Positions 47,091 through 59,046 of a stretch of 64,000 nucleotides of DNA are shown in pieces. This DNA comes from Lepidodermella squamata. Its lineage: Eukaryota > Animalia > Gastrotricha. Below the pieces are notes generated by a model. The model was not told the DNA's origin. It did not search any database and worked only from the letters and a program-made list of their open reading frames with translations. The stretch covers positions 62,001 through 126,000 of the forward strand of contig JBLDXI010000007.1 of the NCBI GenBank assembly GCA_047495785.1, read 5' to 3'. Every line of letters starts with the position of its first letter. Position 1 is the stretch's first letter. The position numbers and the translations under genes were made by a program.

Positions 47091-50000
47091 ATGATGAACA
47101 TGGTACTTCTGCCGCTGATTTTTCTCGGCGCCGTTTTTTCGACAACTCGGGCCCAGGACCAGGAGCCGATTTATGTGAACACCGCGCCGTTCCCGCCGCC
47201 GTCGGCTTTCACGCGCCGGGTTAACACGAACAACCGGCAGCCAACTTCTGTAGCTTTGCGGTCTAATGGCAAGGCAGCTACTGACTACAAAGTGACGGTC
47301 CTTCCGACGAGCAGCGTCTTCGCGACGGCGCCGACGACGGCACCGCCGCCGTCAATTGTCGCCGCCATAAAAATGGACATCGACCCGAATTCGGTGATAA
47401 CGTGGCCGCAGAAGTGGTGGGGCTGTGGCGGGCCCGGCGGTCCCGCGGCTGAGCAGTCGAGTGGCCTATCCGAGGACGAAGAGCTGTTTATTTCGTCGCA
47501 GATTGAAAATCTCGTTCTAAAGGCGCACATCGCCGTACGGGCTGAGTTGCTGGCAGCATCGGCAACGGCCTACCCGCCGCCGACCCTGGTACCGCCGTCG
47601 GCTGACGATGACAACGAAGCCGCTGCGCCGCCGTCTTCTGAGCCGATTTGGACACGCGCTGAGTTCAAAGTACTTGAAATCTTCCGGTTTAGCGACTTGC
47701 GAGGTTGGTTTCGTTGTTTTAAATAAACGCCGGCAGTTAATTCACCCAAAGCCACGTATAAATGCCATATCATAGCCCTTGACGAATGCTGTCCACTTTG
47801 AAATTTAATATTAGCCTAGTGCAAATTTTCTCGGCAACTCGAATTTCCATGCTCAAATTTCACAACACACTTCAGATCACACCTCTCAGGCCATTTTGTT
47901 GAAAATGATGTCATCACTATATACTCAGAACTTTTTATTCATTTTTTATGTGCATGATGTAAAATTTGTTCTCATATAGGTAAGGGCAAGCCGTTTTTGG
48001 ATGCGTACTCGACCGATGGCCGAATAGCCGTTTCCTTTCGACCGTCACCTGCTCTTGTCGCGTCCGGCATGACCGACAAAAACAGCGACTGTTTCTCGTC
48101 CATGTTCGCCGCGCCGGCGCCGACGGCGGCATCGCCGGTCGTCGTGTCGCAGAACAGCATGCTTAAAAAACGCAACATCAAAGTCGGCCTCACTTATCTG
48201 CTATTCATCTCGATCGTGAGTGGCAACAGCAGTGCATCTTCGGCAACCTCGTTGTCCCCGGCCTGGTCTACCTCTGTGCCGTTGACGATGAGCGCTGGCG
48301 ATGAGCAGCAGCCGGTTTCAGTGACGCCGTCGCTGGTGCAGACCTCGATGACATCGGCAGTGCCCATTTCGCAGCAACTGCACTACTCCCTAATGGCACC
48401 GCCGCTGGTATTCCACAAGCGATTTCGCCACAGCATCTACAATGTTCTTTGCACGGATTGTAGTAAGTCATCGAATACGCTACTTTTATTGTTGTAGTAC
48501 GCTGTTTATAACAAAGTGCGAAGGAGTCGTTCTCGTTATAGCAGTAGTAGTAGTAGGAAGAAATTCGATGATGACAATGCGGTTTATGCACGCGTACACA
48601 AAAATCGGCCCCTGGGACAAACGGCCATCAGCGAGTGATGCGTGCCATGATCGGACCGTTGCGATAACGTGATAGGCAACAACTGCCATTTGGCTATAGT
48701 AATTTAGCCGACTAAATAGCGAGGCATGTCACTCGCTCGCGCCGCGGAATGTATACCAATACAATAAAAACCGTAAATAGACGTCGCGGTTTTATAGCTT
48801 ATTATATAGCCCGCATTACATACCCTTCAGGGCCCGAAATAAAAAACAAACAACTTATTTTTAAAGAAATGAACTTCACACTCAGCTTCGGATATTGAAT
48901 TTCTTCGTATTTTATTTACATTAATATTTCATGAATGTTGATTATACAAAGTTCTTCTAGTTGTTGTTACTTTCAAGTGCTTGTGCGCGGATAAATTAGT
49001 TCGTCTGATGTAGTTTCTCGGCCCATCTTTTTCCGTCACTGTGTTTGAATCGTGTGGGGGTTATTAGAGCAAATTTGAAAATTTTACCCCGCGATTAGAA
49101 TGTGGCAAAATATCACCTGATATTGAGCCGCCCGCCTTAAAATTCTCCGAATAAGTAAGGATTTCGAGTTTTCATTTTCTGGTCGGAAAGCCAAGTCTCC
49201 TATCTGACCCTACAGGATTTTTCAATAATGCACTTTGCTATAGCGATTACCATCGGATATTTATATTGACCCCGAATAATTAGGGTCTTGATATCGCGAA
49301 AATCAATTGTTTGCCTAATCCTTCTCTCCCATTGACACCCGATTGTGCAGAGTGAACCTTGGTCCTCGTGAGTCCGAATATCCCACAAACTACGTTTAAT
49401 CATGGGATCTACCACTTCTGTTTGACAACCAAATGGGAGTTCAGTGAGATGTAGTTGGGAATATTAATTTTAGCTTGTGCCCTATGCCCTCCTGATCTGA
49501 ATGCTAATTGGAATTTTTTGAGCCCAAGTTCGAGTGGTTTAGGCTTATAGAATAAAATGCTCTGCTCATCAGTAGGATTGAAATGAGTTGCCTTTCAATT
49601 TCTGCAACTTCAAAGGGGGAGGGGGGAGGGTGTATCAAGGGCTCAAGTAGGGTTCCAGCACTGAAGTTCTTCACTAGAACCTAGAACCTCAATGTTTTTA
49701 TTATCACGCCTAACCGATCAGTTTTCGAGTCTTCATTGCCGATATCGATTCTTGGTATCGATCTTACAAATCAGTGATTTTTCCGATATCAACCATCTTG
49801 GTAACCAAAAATAGAAATTTTCAGAAATAGCCGCGGGAGCCTAAAAAATAGATTCCATCTTCAGGGAGAGCATCAGAACAGAAATGCCGAGATCGCTAAG
49901 AATCGGAAAAATTTAGTGCTAATTACCTACCCTATATGTTTGAATGTTGCCTGTTGATCAGCTCCTATGTTTTGTTTGAGAGGTGTTGATTATAATTGGT

Positions 50001-53000
50001 GATTGTCAATTAACTGTTTAATTTCATTTATCTAGCAAATGCTCCGTTGATAAAGCAACTGAGCTTGAAGTACAACTCTTCGGCCGGCGTACTAAGCGCC
50101 TACTGTCTCTCGCCGGCACATCCTATTCCGACGTTTGTTTGGACTTACGATGGCAAGACTCTGGCAGAGAACAGCGCCCCGATCGAGGGCCTAGAACCTA
50201 CGCTAAGAGTCGAACGAATCAAAACTTCAAGGTCAGTTTTTCGCTCGATTAATCACGATTACGCAACTAACCATTATACTGCGAATTGCTAACAGGAAGA
50301 ACTCTAAGATCGAAATTTCCGGCATTAAGGAGAAAAGCTCGCATACTCTGTCTTGCTGGGCGCGCAATCATTTCGGCCACGCATCTCTCAGCCAGCCATT
50401 CACCGGTATGTCTCACTTATTGTTGTTATTGTTATAGCATTTATGTAACAAATACACTCATATAATTCACTATATCAGTGATTATATAAACCCAGATAGA
50501 TTGATGACCGCGTATCATGTGCGCGGCGCTACACTTAATTTCCACCAGTTTCGCATATGTGTACCTAGTAGCGCAGTAAATGCATGTCTAACAAGGCTCC
50601 TTAAAACGGCTATCGAACAAAACGTAAACATTTCTCGCATTATTGCAACCACGCGCATTTGCGCTTCGATTTCCGATTAGGATGTTGGCGAAAACGCTGA
50701 CTACCGTTGCAATTAAATGCGTCTCTATTGCTCGCGTATATTACAATATTGGCTTTGCGCGATATGCGAAAAATAAGCGCGAGATGTCTGAATGGCTGCT
50801 AATAGAAGTATCTGTTTCTTGCTATACAAAATATAAGCAATAAAATGTTTTGATAATCCGTTATAGCGCGTTTTTGCCGCCTTAAAATAATAGAAAAATC
50901 ACCAGCCAGGCGAGATTCATCCCAGAAATATACCTGTTACCGCCAGGTGGGCTTAGTCAGTCAACACTATCGAACAGGCGGTTTTTATCAGCCGCCTTTA
51001 GCACGCTGCCTTACTCAACTCAGCGAGTTACTTATTATTTATTGTTATTGCCTCATCAAAATGTTGGTAATATTTCGGGCAAAGTGGACCTGTCTGACAG
51101 CTTCATCGGCATTTTGCGGTTTTCGCACGTGCGCGTTTGAAGCAGAGCCATTAATTTTCAGGCTAATATTTCGCGGCGAAATGGCCGTGAAAAATGCTAC
51201 GGTTTCGCGGCGTCTGTCGCGTCACGGAAAACTGCGCGCACAATTTTTCAAACCTCGCTTTGTTTCATCGGTCATCTTCATCGCACTAGGTTTTTGCGCG
51301 GTACCGAGTCGGCGGCTACTGAGTTACTTATTATATCAAGTCCAGCATCTGCGTGATAAGCTGGAGATGATATTTTTTATTCGCCCCTCTTTTCGTGAGG
51401 ATTGCTTTTTAATGAGAAAATAATTTCGGTTATAATCTGCTAAGAAGCGCAAAATAATGCGCTACTTAAACTTCACTGCAGTTGAAGTTTACGCATTTTA
51501 TTTACTAAATAAATAAAGCTACACCTGTGCGCAGCGATCATGCGAAGCCGCTCTAGTGGCGAGAGAGTTGTAAATAATAGCCAAAAAAGGAGTGTTATTA
51601 AGTCTCGTTTTACGCTGAAATATTATCGCACGCGCCCGTCTCTCAAGTTGGATCGTCATAACTTGTCAAAACACGTAAAAGCTCACCTAGAGAAGAGGAA
51701 AAAGCGCGCGCGCGTGCGCATCGCCCCTAAAAATAATATAATAGCAATTTATCGTGCGCGCATATTTTTAAGGTGGGTCACTTCGCGGTGGGCGCGCTCT
51801 GCTTTTTCGCGCTCCACTCGTAAAAGGCGACGTATAACATCTAAGAAGGACAAAACTTTGCCACTTATCTTCGCCGCAGATCAATAGCAATATTCGTAGC
51901 GTAAAATTTATTCTCATAAATTTATTGCACTTTTTAAGCTTATACCCAGTAGTATTACCACAAAATCGTTCTTTGTCTGATGCATTATACTATTATATGG
52001 ATTCAAAGTTGATAATTTTTATCACGTTGCACATTTTTTCACTGCCCAACGCGGAATTGGCTCGAAATCTTGAAGGCACTTGCGTTTTAGTGCAAAAACT
52101 GCGAGTATTTTCATCTGAATCTTGAGTGTTATCTCCACCGGGGCTTCGAACGCAATGACAATGGTCGAGAGCGGTATTACCTCCAGCTTAAGTGAGATCT
52201 TGGAAATTAGCATATATTGCCACTGGACCATAGCCGGTGTGTATGACAAGTTGGTTGACAGTGATACAAGCTTTTATTGTCATGCTATTTGCCATTGGTA
52301 TCGCAGCTTTGGCTTGTACACTGCAGCGATAATGGTATTACAACAGGTAATGCCAGCTCGCGTCTCGTGTCAAAAATAAAAGAAGCGCGGACACACGCTG
52401 GACTCGCTTTTACCTGTAGGTATATGTGGTGTCACTCGCATTTGTCAAACCATAACTACGGTTGCATCTTTCGTTTTGTAGTTATTTTTCAACTGTTTAC
52501 CCTACCGACTACTAACCTGCAATATACCTACGCGACAGAGATAAGATGAATTACAACCATATAGTTGCGCTTTTATTCGTTTGCACCCCGGTGAGAAATA
52601 TATCATAACGAGAGCCATAAAAATGCGACGCATCAGTGTTCATGCTGCGTTGCGGTAGCCACAACAGAAACATGCTTACAGCTACAAGTCACCTTCCGAG
52701 CCACCACTTGTGCGCGGCCTTCAGTAGCCGCTGGGCAACCTTGAGCCAGCTCTCGTCCATCAACACACATCCCCCGTGTAATCACCGCAATAATTTTATT
52801 AGCTCTCACGCGCTTTCAAGCGTCAGAGTAATTGTCATCGGGTTATTTTACTCATCTACCTGCTATAGCTTGTTATATTTTGTTTGTTCAGCCGTTCGCT
52901 TTGTGACACCACTGTATATACTTACTACTTATACCTTTCTCCGTAAAAGCAGCAGCACGCGCTAGGTAAATGTATAAATATATACAAAATCCCGCAATAT

Positions 53001-56000
53001 TTTGACTCGCTGTATTTGAGAGCTTGAACAGTTTTCGCGTGTCGACGGGTGCCACTTGTTAATTTATGTTTCACCGACGTCATCATCACGCCGAATAGTA
53101 AAGGTCGCGCTTGATGAGTAAAACTTTGCACCGCGTTTCATTACAGTTTATTTCGGTGTACCACAATAAATCGCTATTTTTAGGAGAATTTAATTCAAGG
53201 ACGTTATTTATGAAGCGAAATGAGCTGAGGTTTCCTCTCAAATGTCATCAAATCTGTCAATAAATTGATCATCAATCATATTTCTAACGATTTCTGTGGT
53301 TTTACTAATTTGTTTGCGAGAGCGAGTTGGCATTTTCTGGCGATTGTATGCCATAAAACCGTGGCTTATCAGTATTTCATTTCCACGTATTTTTTACGAG
53401 TATATTTTACGACCGTGTGACAAATTACTTTCTCCGCGCCAAAACAGCAGATATCGCATAGCTATGCATTATCATATAGGTATTACGATGTTTTTTACAC
53501 ATCAAACGAGCCGATACGCCAGAAATGTACGATTATTTTATTACGCCGCATGGTTAGCTTAATCGGCCGTGAATCACCCGGTCGCAATTTAGCCGCTGAC
53601 TTTTCTCTTTTTTATTTTTTATTATATCGCCTATCATTAACAGCTGGCCCACTCACTTATTGGATATATAAGCGAAAAGATATAATTGCACTGACCGCGA
53701 ACCAGTTTGAAGTACCTGTGTACATATCGTTTTTTTACTGTGTGAGCGGAAATTTGGGCGAGAATTAATTACTTTCACGCTGAGCTTGCTCTCTTGGAAA
53801 CATCTATTTCTCACAATTGTTTTTTTCTTCTAGTTCAACAGAACAAAATGTCTTTGTTATTACTGAACGACGAACACAACAAGGTGCTAAATGGATCTAT
53901 CAGCTCGTCAGAAACTACTCCAGGTTCTGGAATTACCTGTTTTGGCGAACTCGGAAAGACAGGTGAGAAAAACTTCGATTTAAATTTCCTAATTTCTGTT
54001 TACAATAAAATGTTGAAAAAAACAGCTCAAGCTGGTAGGTTTTCTTGTTATGATGTAAAAGCTAGTAGTAGCCGAATAATGAATCACTTAGTATTGCCCT
54101 GAGCTTTAAAATGCAACTGCCAGTCGGAAAAAAATTAATACACAAGAGACACGTTCCCTTTATGTCCGTCATCGTATTGTCATTATATATTGTGAACTCC
54201 CCTCGCAGCTCGCAGTCATTCCTTTATTCAGACAAAACACATGCATTTTCTTGGCAAATTTTACGATAATGGATTCTGCTTCTTTCATTGCAGTTATGGA
54301 TTGGGCCTTCATGAATCCGTGGATCAGCGTTTTCATCGGCCTAGCTTTCGTCATTCTTTTCCTCGCAATCTCAATGTTGATTCTCAAGTAAGGCTGGACG
54401 AGATGCCTTCAACTCCGAGAACTAATTTATTGCTTTTTAGGTGCATTCTTCGCGCTCGGTTCCACACAATCGGACGTCATACTGGTCAGAAATGTCCGCA
54501 CCACCATTCGATGTCCCACGAGCGTTCGCCCTCGTTCAATGCCGGTACCATCGTTATTGACTCGTCGTGTAATGGCGACGACTGCATTGCGACGAGCGGC
54601 GGCGGTCGCAGCTACCTGACCGCCGAGTCGAAGGTGCCACTCCTCGGCAACGGTAAGCCATCGAACGGTTCGGCAATGCGCCGCGGTCACAGCCATCACA
54701 ATCACCTGGCTGTGATGGTGGGCAGTGAGAACGACGCGAGTTGCGAATCGTCCGGCGGCCGGCACGGTGTGTCGCCCGGGTCGGTCGGCAGCGATGGCGA
54801 GCACTCGTCGTCGTCGGGCGAGCACGCCAGTGGGAAACTCGGCGCCCTGGCCGCGAGCAGCAACAGCACGGCCTCGTCGTCGGCCGGCGCCGTGTCGCTG
54901 ACGGCGCAGCAACGGGTCGGCAGCGTGGGTAACAACAGCGGCGTGCCAACTACATTCCGAACCTTACAAAATCAGCCGAAGCCGCAAGGCCCACCAACGG
55001 CACCCCGCAATACTATGGCGCAGTCGTGGCATGCTCAGCAGGTTAGCTTGTTTTTTCACGTTAATTACTGTCAAGCAGAGTGGCGCAGTGGAAGCGCGCT
55101 GGGCCCATAACCCAGAGGTCTGTAGATCGAAACTACGCTCTGCTAATGACCTAGATTTTTTTTATTGCGCATTGATAATAGTGTGAATATGCAAATTAAA
55201 TGTGAGTCATAGTATTCGATCACTTGAGAATGCGGATACAGGACTAAAATCTATTCAACTAAACTTACCTGGCACTGGGATGAACCGAGATCATGAAGTC
55301 GGTCGCCCCAGGGCGAGGCGGGCCATTGCACTTCGGTCCGCTGACCCCTGCGCTCTGCCTCATCGGTGGAGTCGGGTGCAAAATATTTCACTTGGGTATC
55401 GGCGTTCGCGCCACACCCGTAAATCGAAAAATAAAATTTATATGTTACTTTCATAGGCGAATCCTCGAGCCACGGATGCGACGGTGCTTATAAATGATGG
55501 GTCAAACAATTATCATTTGCCGAACTGCAGTCAGCTGCAAAGCCACGGTTACGTGCCAGACTTACCCCAACCAGCCTACCTGTACGCACTCGCTCAACAA
55601 CAGAACAATAACCAACAAACATTACTAATTCGCCAACAACCACCGCCGCTACCACCGCCTATGAGCGACAGTGACGTGGTGGTGAAACTGCTGCCGGCTC
55701 TATCGGCCGCGTCTTCGCTCGCCGAATTCCTCGGCCACGAAAACGAACACATCGAAGTTGTGCCCGAGGGAGACGAGGACCAACTGTCGGACGAGGACAT
55801 GGACGACGACGACGGGCGGCGGCCGCGAAGTGTTGACAGCGATGACGAGGCGCGCGAGCAACACCGGCAGCGCGACTACGACGCGCCTATCGACGACATC
55901 GACACAGACCCGATCGACTCGATACCGACGTCGAACTCGTTCGGCAACAGCGCCTCACTTCAACCGAACGCGAATTACGTCATGTCTTCCAGTCAAAACA

Positions 56001-56032
56001 CGGCCATCTACCGGCCTGTCCACCATCAATAG
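47091..56032 (+). CDS. Single-pass membrane protein with Ig-like domain; 8 exons ~47091-47703, 47980-48462, 50036-50231, 50296-50405, 53833-53962, 54294-54388, 54441-55041, 55457-56032
   Basis: Signal peptide MMNMVLLPLIFLGAVFSTTRA, Pro/Ser/Thr-rich ectodomain, Ig-like AYCLSPAHPIPTFVW...LSCWARNHFG, TM WISVFIGLAFVILFLAISMLIL, long low-complexity cytoplasmic tail. All intron phases are compatible. Confidence 0.75.
49648..49929. mobile_element. MITE family A copy 2 (inverted relative to copy 1, intronic)
   Basis: Begins TAGGGTTCCAGCACTG and ends AAATTTAGTGCT..ACCT. The internal segment is the reverse complement of ~15650-15870. Confidence 0.68.
55074..55145 (+). tRNA. Initiator tRNA-Met (CAT), intronic
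   Basis: AGCAGAGTGGCGCAGTGGAAGCGCGCTGGGCCCATAACCCAGAGGTCTGTAGATCGAAACTACGCTCTGCTA: 72 nt, A1:U72, three G-C anticodon-stem pairs, ATCGAAA T-loop; followed by a T8 terminator. Confidence 0.97.
55156..55163 (+). terminator. Pol III oligo-T terminator of tRNA-iMet
   Basis: T8 run starting ~10 nt after the tRNA 3' end. Confidence 0.75.
55261..55420 (+). ncRNA. RNU1: U1 snRNA, copy 2 (identical by eye to copy 1), intronic
   Basis: Same hallmarks as 9948-10107; same upstream boxes (ATGCAAAT at -72) and downstream TCGAAAAATAAAA. Confidence 0.96.
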
Positions 56033-57080
56033 TTATTATTTGAAATTCATATATAAATGTGTATATCGTCGAATGAAATCTCTACGCTAGTCCGATGTTC
56101 AAAACGCAACAAATCATCACAAATTCTGCGAGGCGCTTCTTGTGTAATCGAGTAATTTATTATTTCTCTTCTTTCTGATGATGATGATGTTCTGACACGT
56201 TTGCTATCTCTGTCTCGGCGTTTTATCTCACACGAAATGCTATAAGTTGGCGAGTTGTTCTGGTTTTTGGTACTTTTTACCAAAAAGTTCATTATATGCA
56301 AAGAAATCGCTGTTTTTAACAAGTCTTACTCGAATGATGCGATAGCGAGCGGCAGTCGAGTAACGCGATTGGCAATCTGTTTTTCTTCATACATATACTT
56401 ACGCTATGAAGCCTTGAGATTACCGAATTTCCTTCAACGAAACCATACTACGCAGTTGTTTTTAGGACCAATCGTCCTCAGTTTTGGCGCTCGTTGTTAC
56501 TCGACTGCCGCGGTACACAAACCAACTAATTTTTGTATGACTCTCTTTGTACATATTGATGATCAGCTGCGAAAGGCTATATGAGAATGATAGAATAAAT
56601 GATGATCTTTTGACGGGTTGAAGCTTTTTTTCTCAATGTACCGGTGGCCGGTTTATTTCATATAAATGCCAATGGAGCAACGGATAACCAGGGTTTGAAC
56701 CGAAATGATAGGCGTGAGGTCATCATCATTCGTTATTTTCCTACAATTTTCGCGGACGGTAAAGTGGACAATTTTGGCTTTTGCGGGCTTTGCGTACAAC
56801 AACCGATTTAAACAACTCCGTCTTAATTCCAGCTTTCGAATGGATAAGAAGTTAAGGTTGCAATAACCAATTTTAGAAAAATGTTGTACGCCTCCATATT
56901 TTACATGCAGAATTTGTTGATGATATTATTTGGGAAATCCTCTGTAACCGCAGAAAACATATTCGGACGACTAGTTTCAACTGAGCGTCCTCCTAAAGTT
57001 TAAACTCAGTAAGAAAAAGTTTCTACTCCTTGAAAAAAAGCGGGTAAGCTCATAATTTTTTTTTAAATTTGACCATATAG

Positions 57081-57471
57081 CAGGCCTTCTCAACCTCTAA
57101 CCCTTGGCGACCCAACATGAAGTTCTTTACCAGGCTGCGACCCCTAGCGATTTTTTCCATTTTTTACCTTTTTCAATGTGGGGAGAATTTTCAGCGGCTC
57201 GAAAAATCCAAAGTTATGCGTCCAAGCTATAAAATACCGCCCAATTGACATCATTTTTCCCCATAATTTCTTCAACCTTTACATGACCTCGGCTCTCAAC
57301 CGCATTTTCAGCCGGCTTCCAGTCGAATAAAATTGGATGCGAGCTTTAGCTAACGCTATTTTTGAATATTTTTCCTGGAAGAGGGACTGAAAATGAACCG
57401 AAATTTCGCAATATTCAAGTTTTATGAAAATCATCAGGCGATCCCCGCGACCCCCAGTTTGAGAGACCCTG
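57081..57471. mobile_element. hAT (Charlie-like) MITE, ~391 bp
   Basis: TIRs CAGGCCTTCTCAAC ... TTTGAGAGACCCTG, internal GCGACCC motifs, and a near-perfect 8-bp target-site duplication CCATATAG / CCCTATAG. Confidence 0.82.
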
Positions 57472-57959
57472 CCCTATAGTTTCCCAAGGAAGTTTGATTT
57501 GCCACTATTTGTCCAAAGTTAGTCTAACACATTTCATATTCCAAAGTTCCTATCAGGTGAAAATAAGAAAATTCTCAATAATATTTGGCCATAAACCGGG
57601 AATTTCTGGCACTTTTTTGAAATTTCAGTATCCAGCGAATACTGTTTTATACCATTCGAAAACAGCCTATAGTTACCCCTCGTTGCGTTAGACTGCGAAG
57701 CAACCCCTAGGCTGAATTTTCAGGGACATTACAGTGCTCTGTGTCCACTTCTATGACAGATTTTCTCTCTTGAAATGGAAAAAATTGGCATGCATCTACG
57801 TCAAAATTGCACTAAAAATCGCCAAAAACCGAAATTTATTTATTTTAGTATTCGCAAGGCTTTCAAACCGAACACAGTTTCCAAACATCACTTTGAGAAG
57901 ACACAACAGAGAAAATTAATTTAGATTGTAAATAATATTATATGAGTCCTTGATTCATT

Positions 57960-58672
57960 TTAAATAGCAGTTCCCACCGAGCCAGTTAGTCCACCTGATT
58001 GCGGTTTCTGTTGTTGTTGAGGTTCATTCGAGGTTTCGGTGGACGCAGCCGCCGCCCGGAAGAGGGTCGAAACCAGTTTGGGCTTGAGATAGTCGGTAAT
58101 CGACGCAGTTTTGCTGCCAACAACACATCGAATGTAGCCGTAAAGGTTGGCGCCGCTCATCACAAAGGCGACGACCACCAGTAAGAACCATTTGAAATTG
58201 AAAGTAAAAAACGACCAAATCATGAATAGACTCCAGATCGCTTGCACGGCGAATAAAGACCCCCAAAATATACGTGATTCTGACGGGATAATATCCCTGG
58301 CAGCAGGGCCTTTCTTCGATTCGAACACCCAGTGCGACTGGCCTTCGTCATCGACCTGGTTCCACCACCGGAGACCCGCCAGCAATCGACCGGAGACATT
58401 TTTTACAGTCCAGAAGTCAAGGCAGCCGAGAAATGTGACGAGAACGAAAGAGACAATGAAAGAGTCGGTGAAAAACCGGCAAAACAGATAGGCTAGGATG
58501 GTACCAGATCGAAAGGCGAGGTGAAAAATCATCGCGATAGGGTGTCTAAAATTTGAAATTAGAAGCAACCTTTAATAGCTTTCAGGGCTCACCTTTTGCT
58601 GCGAACCAAGTCCTCCAACTCTGGAGGGGTAACAATGCCAGCTGCTTGGGAGGCTGGGTAGTTCCAACTCAT
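57960..58672 (-). CDS. TVP23: Golgi apparatus membrane protein TVP23/FAM18 (exons 58672-58593, 58545-57960)
   Basis: HP...FHL.FR, DFWTVKNVSGRLLAGLRWWNQVDDEGQSHWVFES, ESRIFW, ANLYGYIRC. Confidence 0.95.
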
Positions 58673-59046
58673 TGCTTAATAGAATATTCTAATCGATAAC
58701 AAAAAACTGTAAATTTACGATAAAAATTGAGACATTTATTTTAGCAATAATTCGTATGTAGTTTCCGTCATGTATAAACAAGTTTACTCTTCGAACAACG
58801 GCCTTATAATATTAAATTAGTGCGCTTTGAATCACGCTTGATTACAAATTGCAATTAAATTATTACAGAAAGCATTTTCTCAGTTTCGTTTTTACAAACC
58901 AAATTAAATTTGACAAAAAGTGAATGAACTGAATGAAATTCCGAAAAAAATCACCAAGCAGCGTAAAATCTGAGAAATCGTCAGCATTTCAATTACGACA
59001 CAATATTATATAGGAATTTCGTGGGTTTCATGTTGTCTCATGCAGT

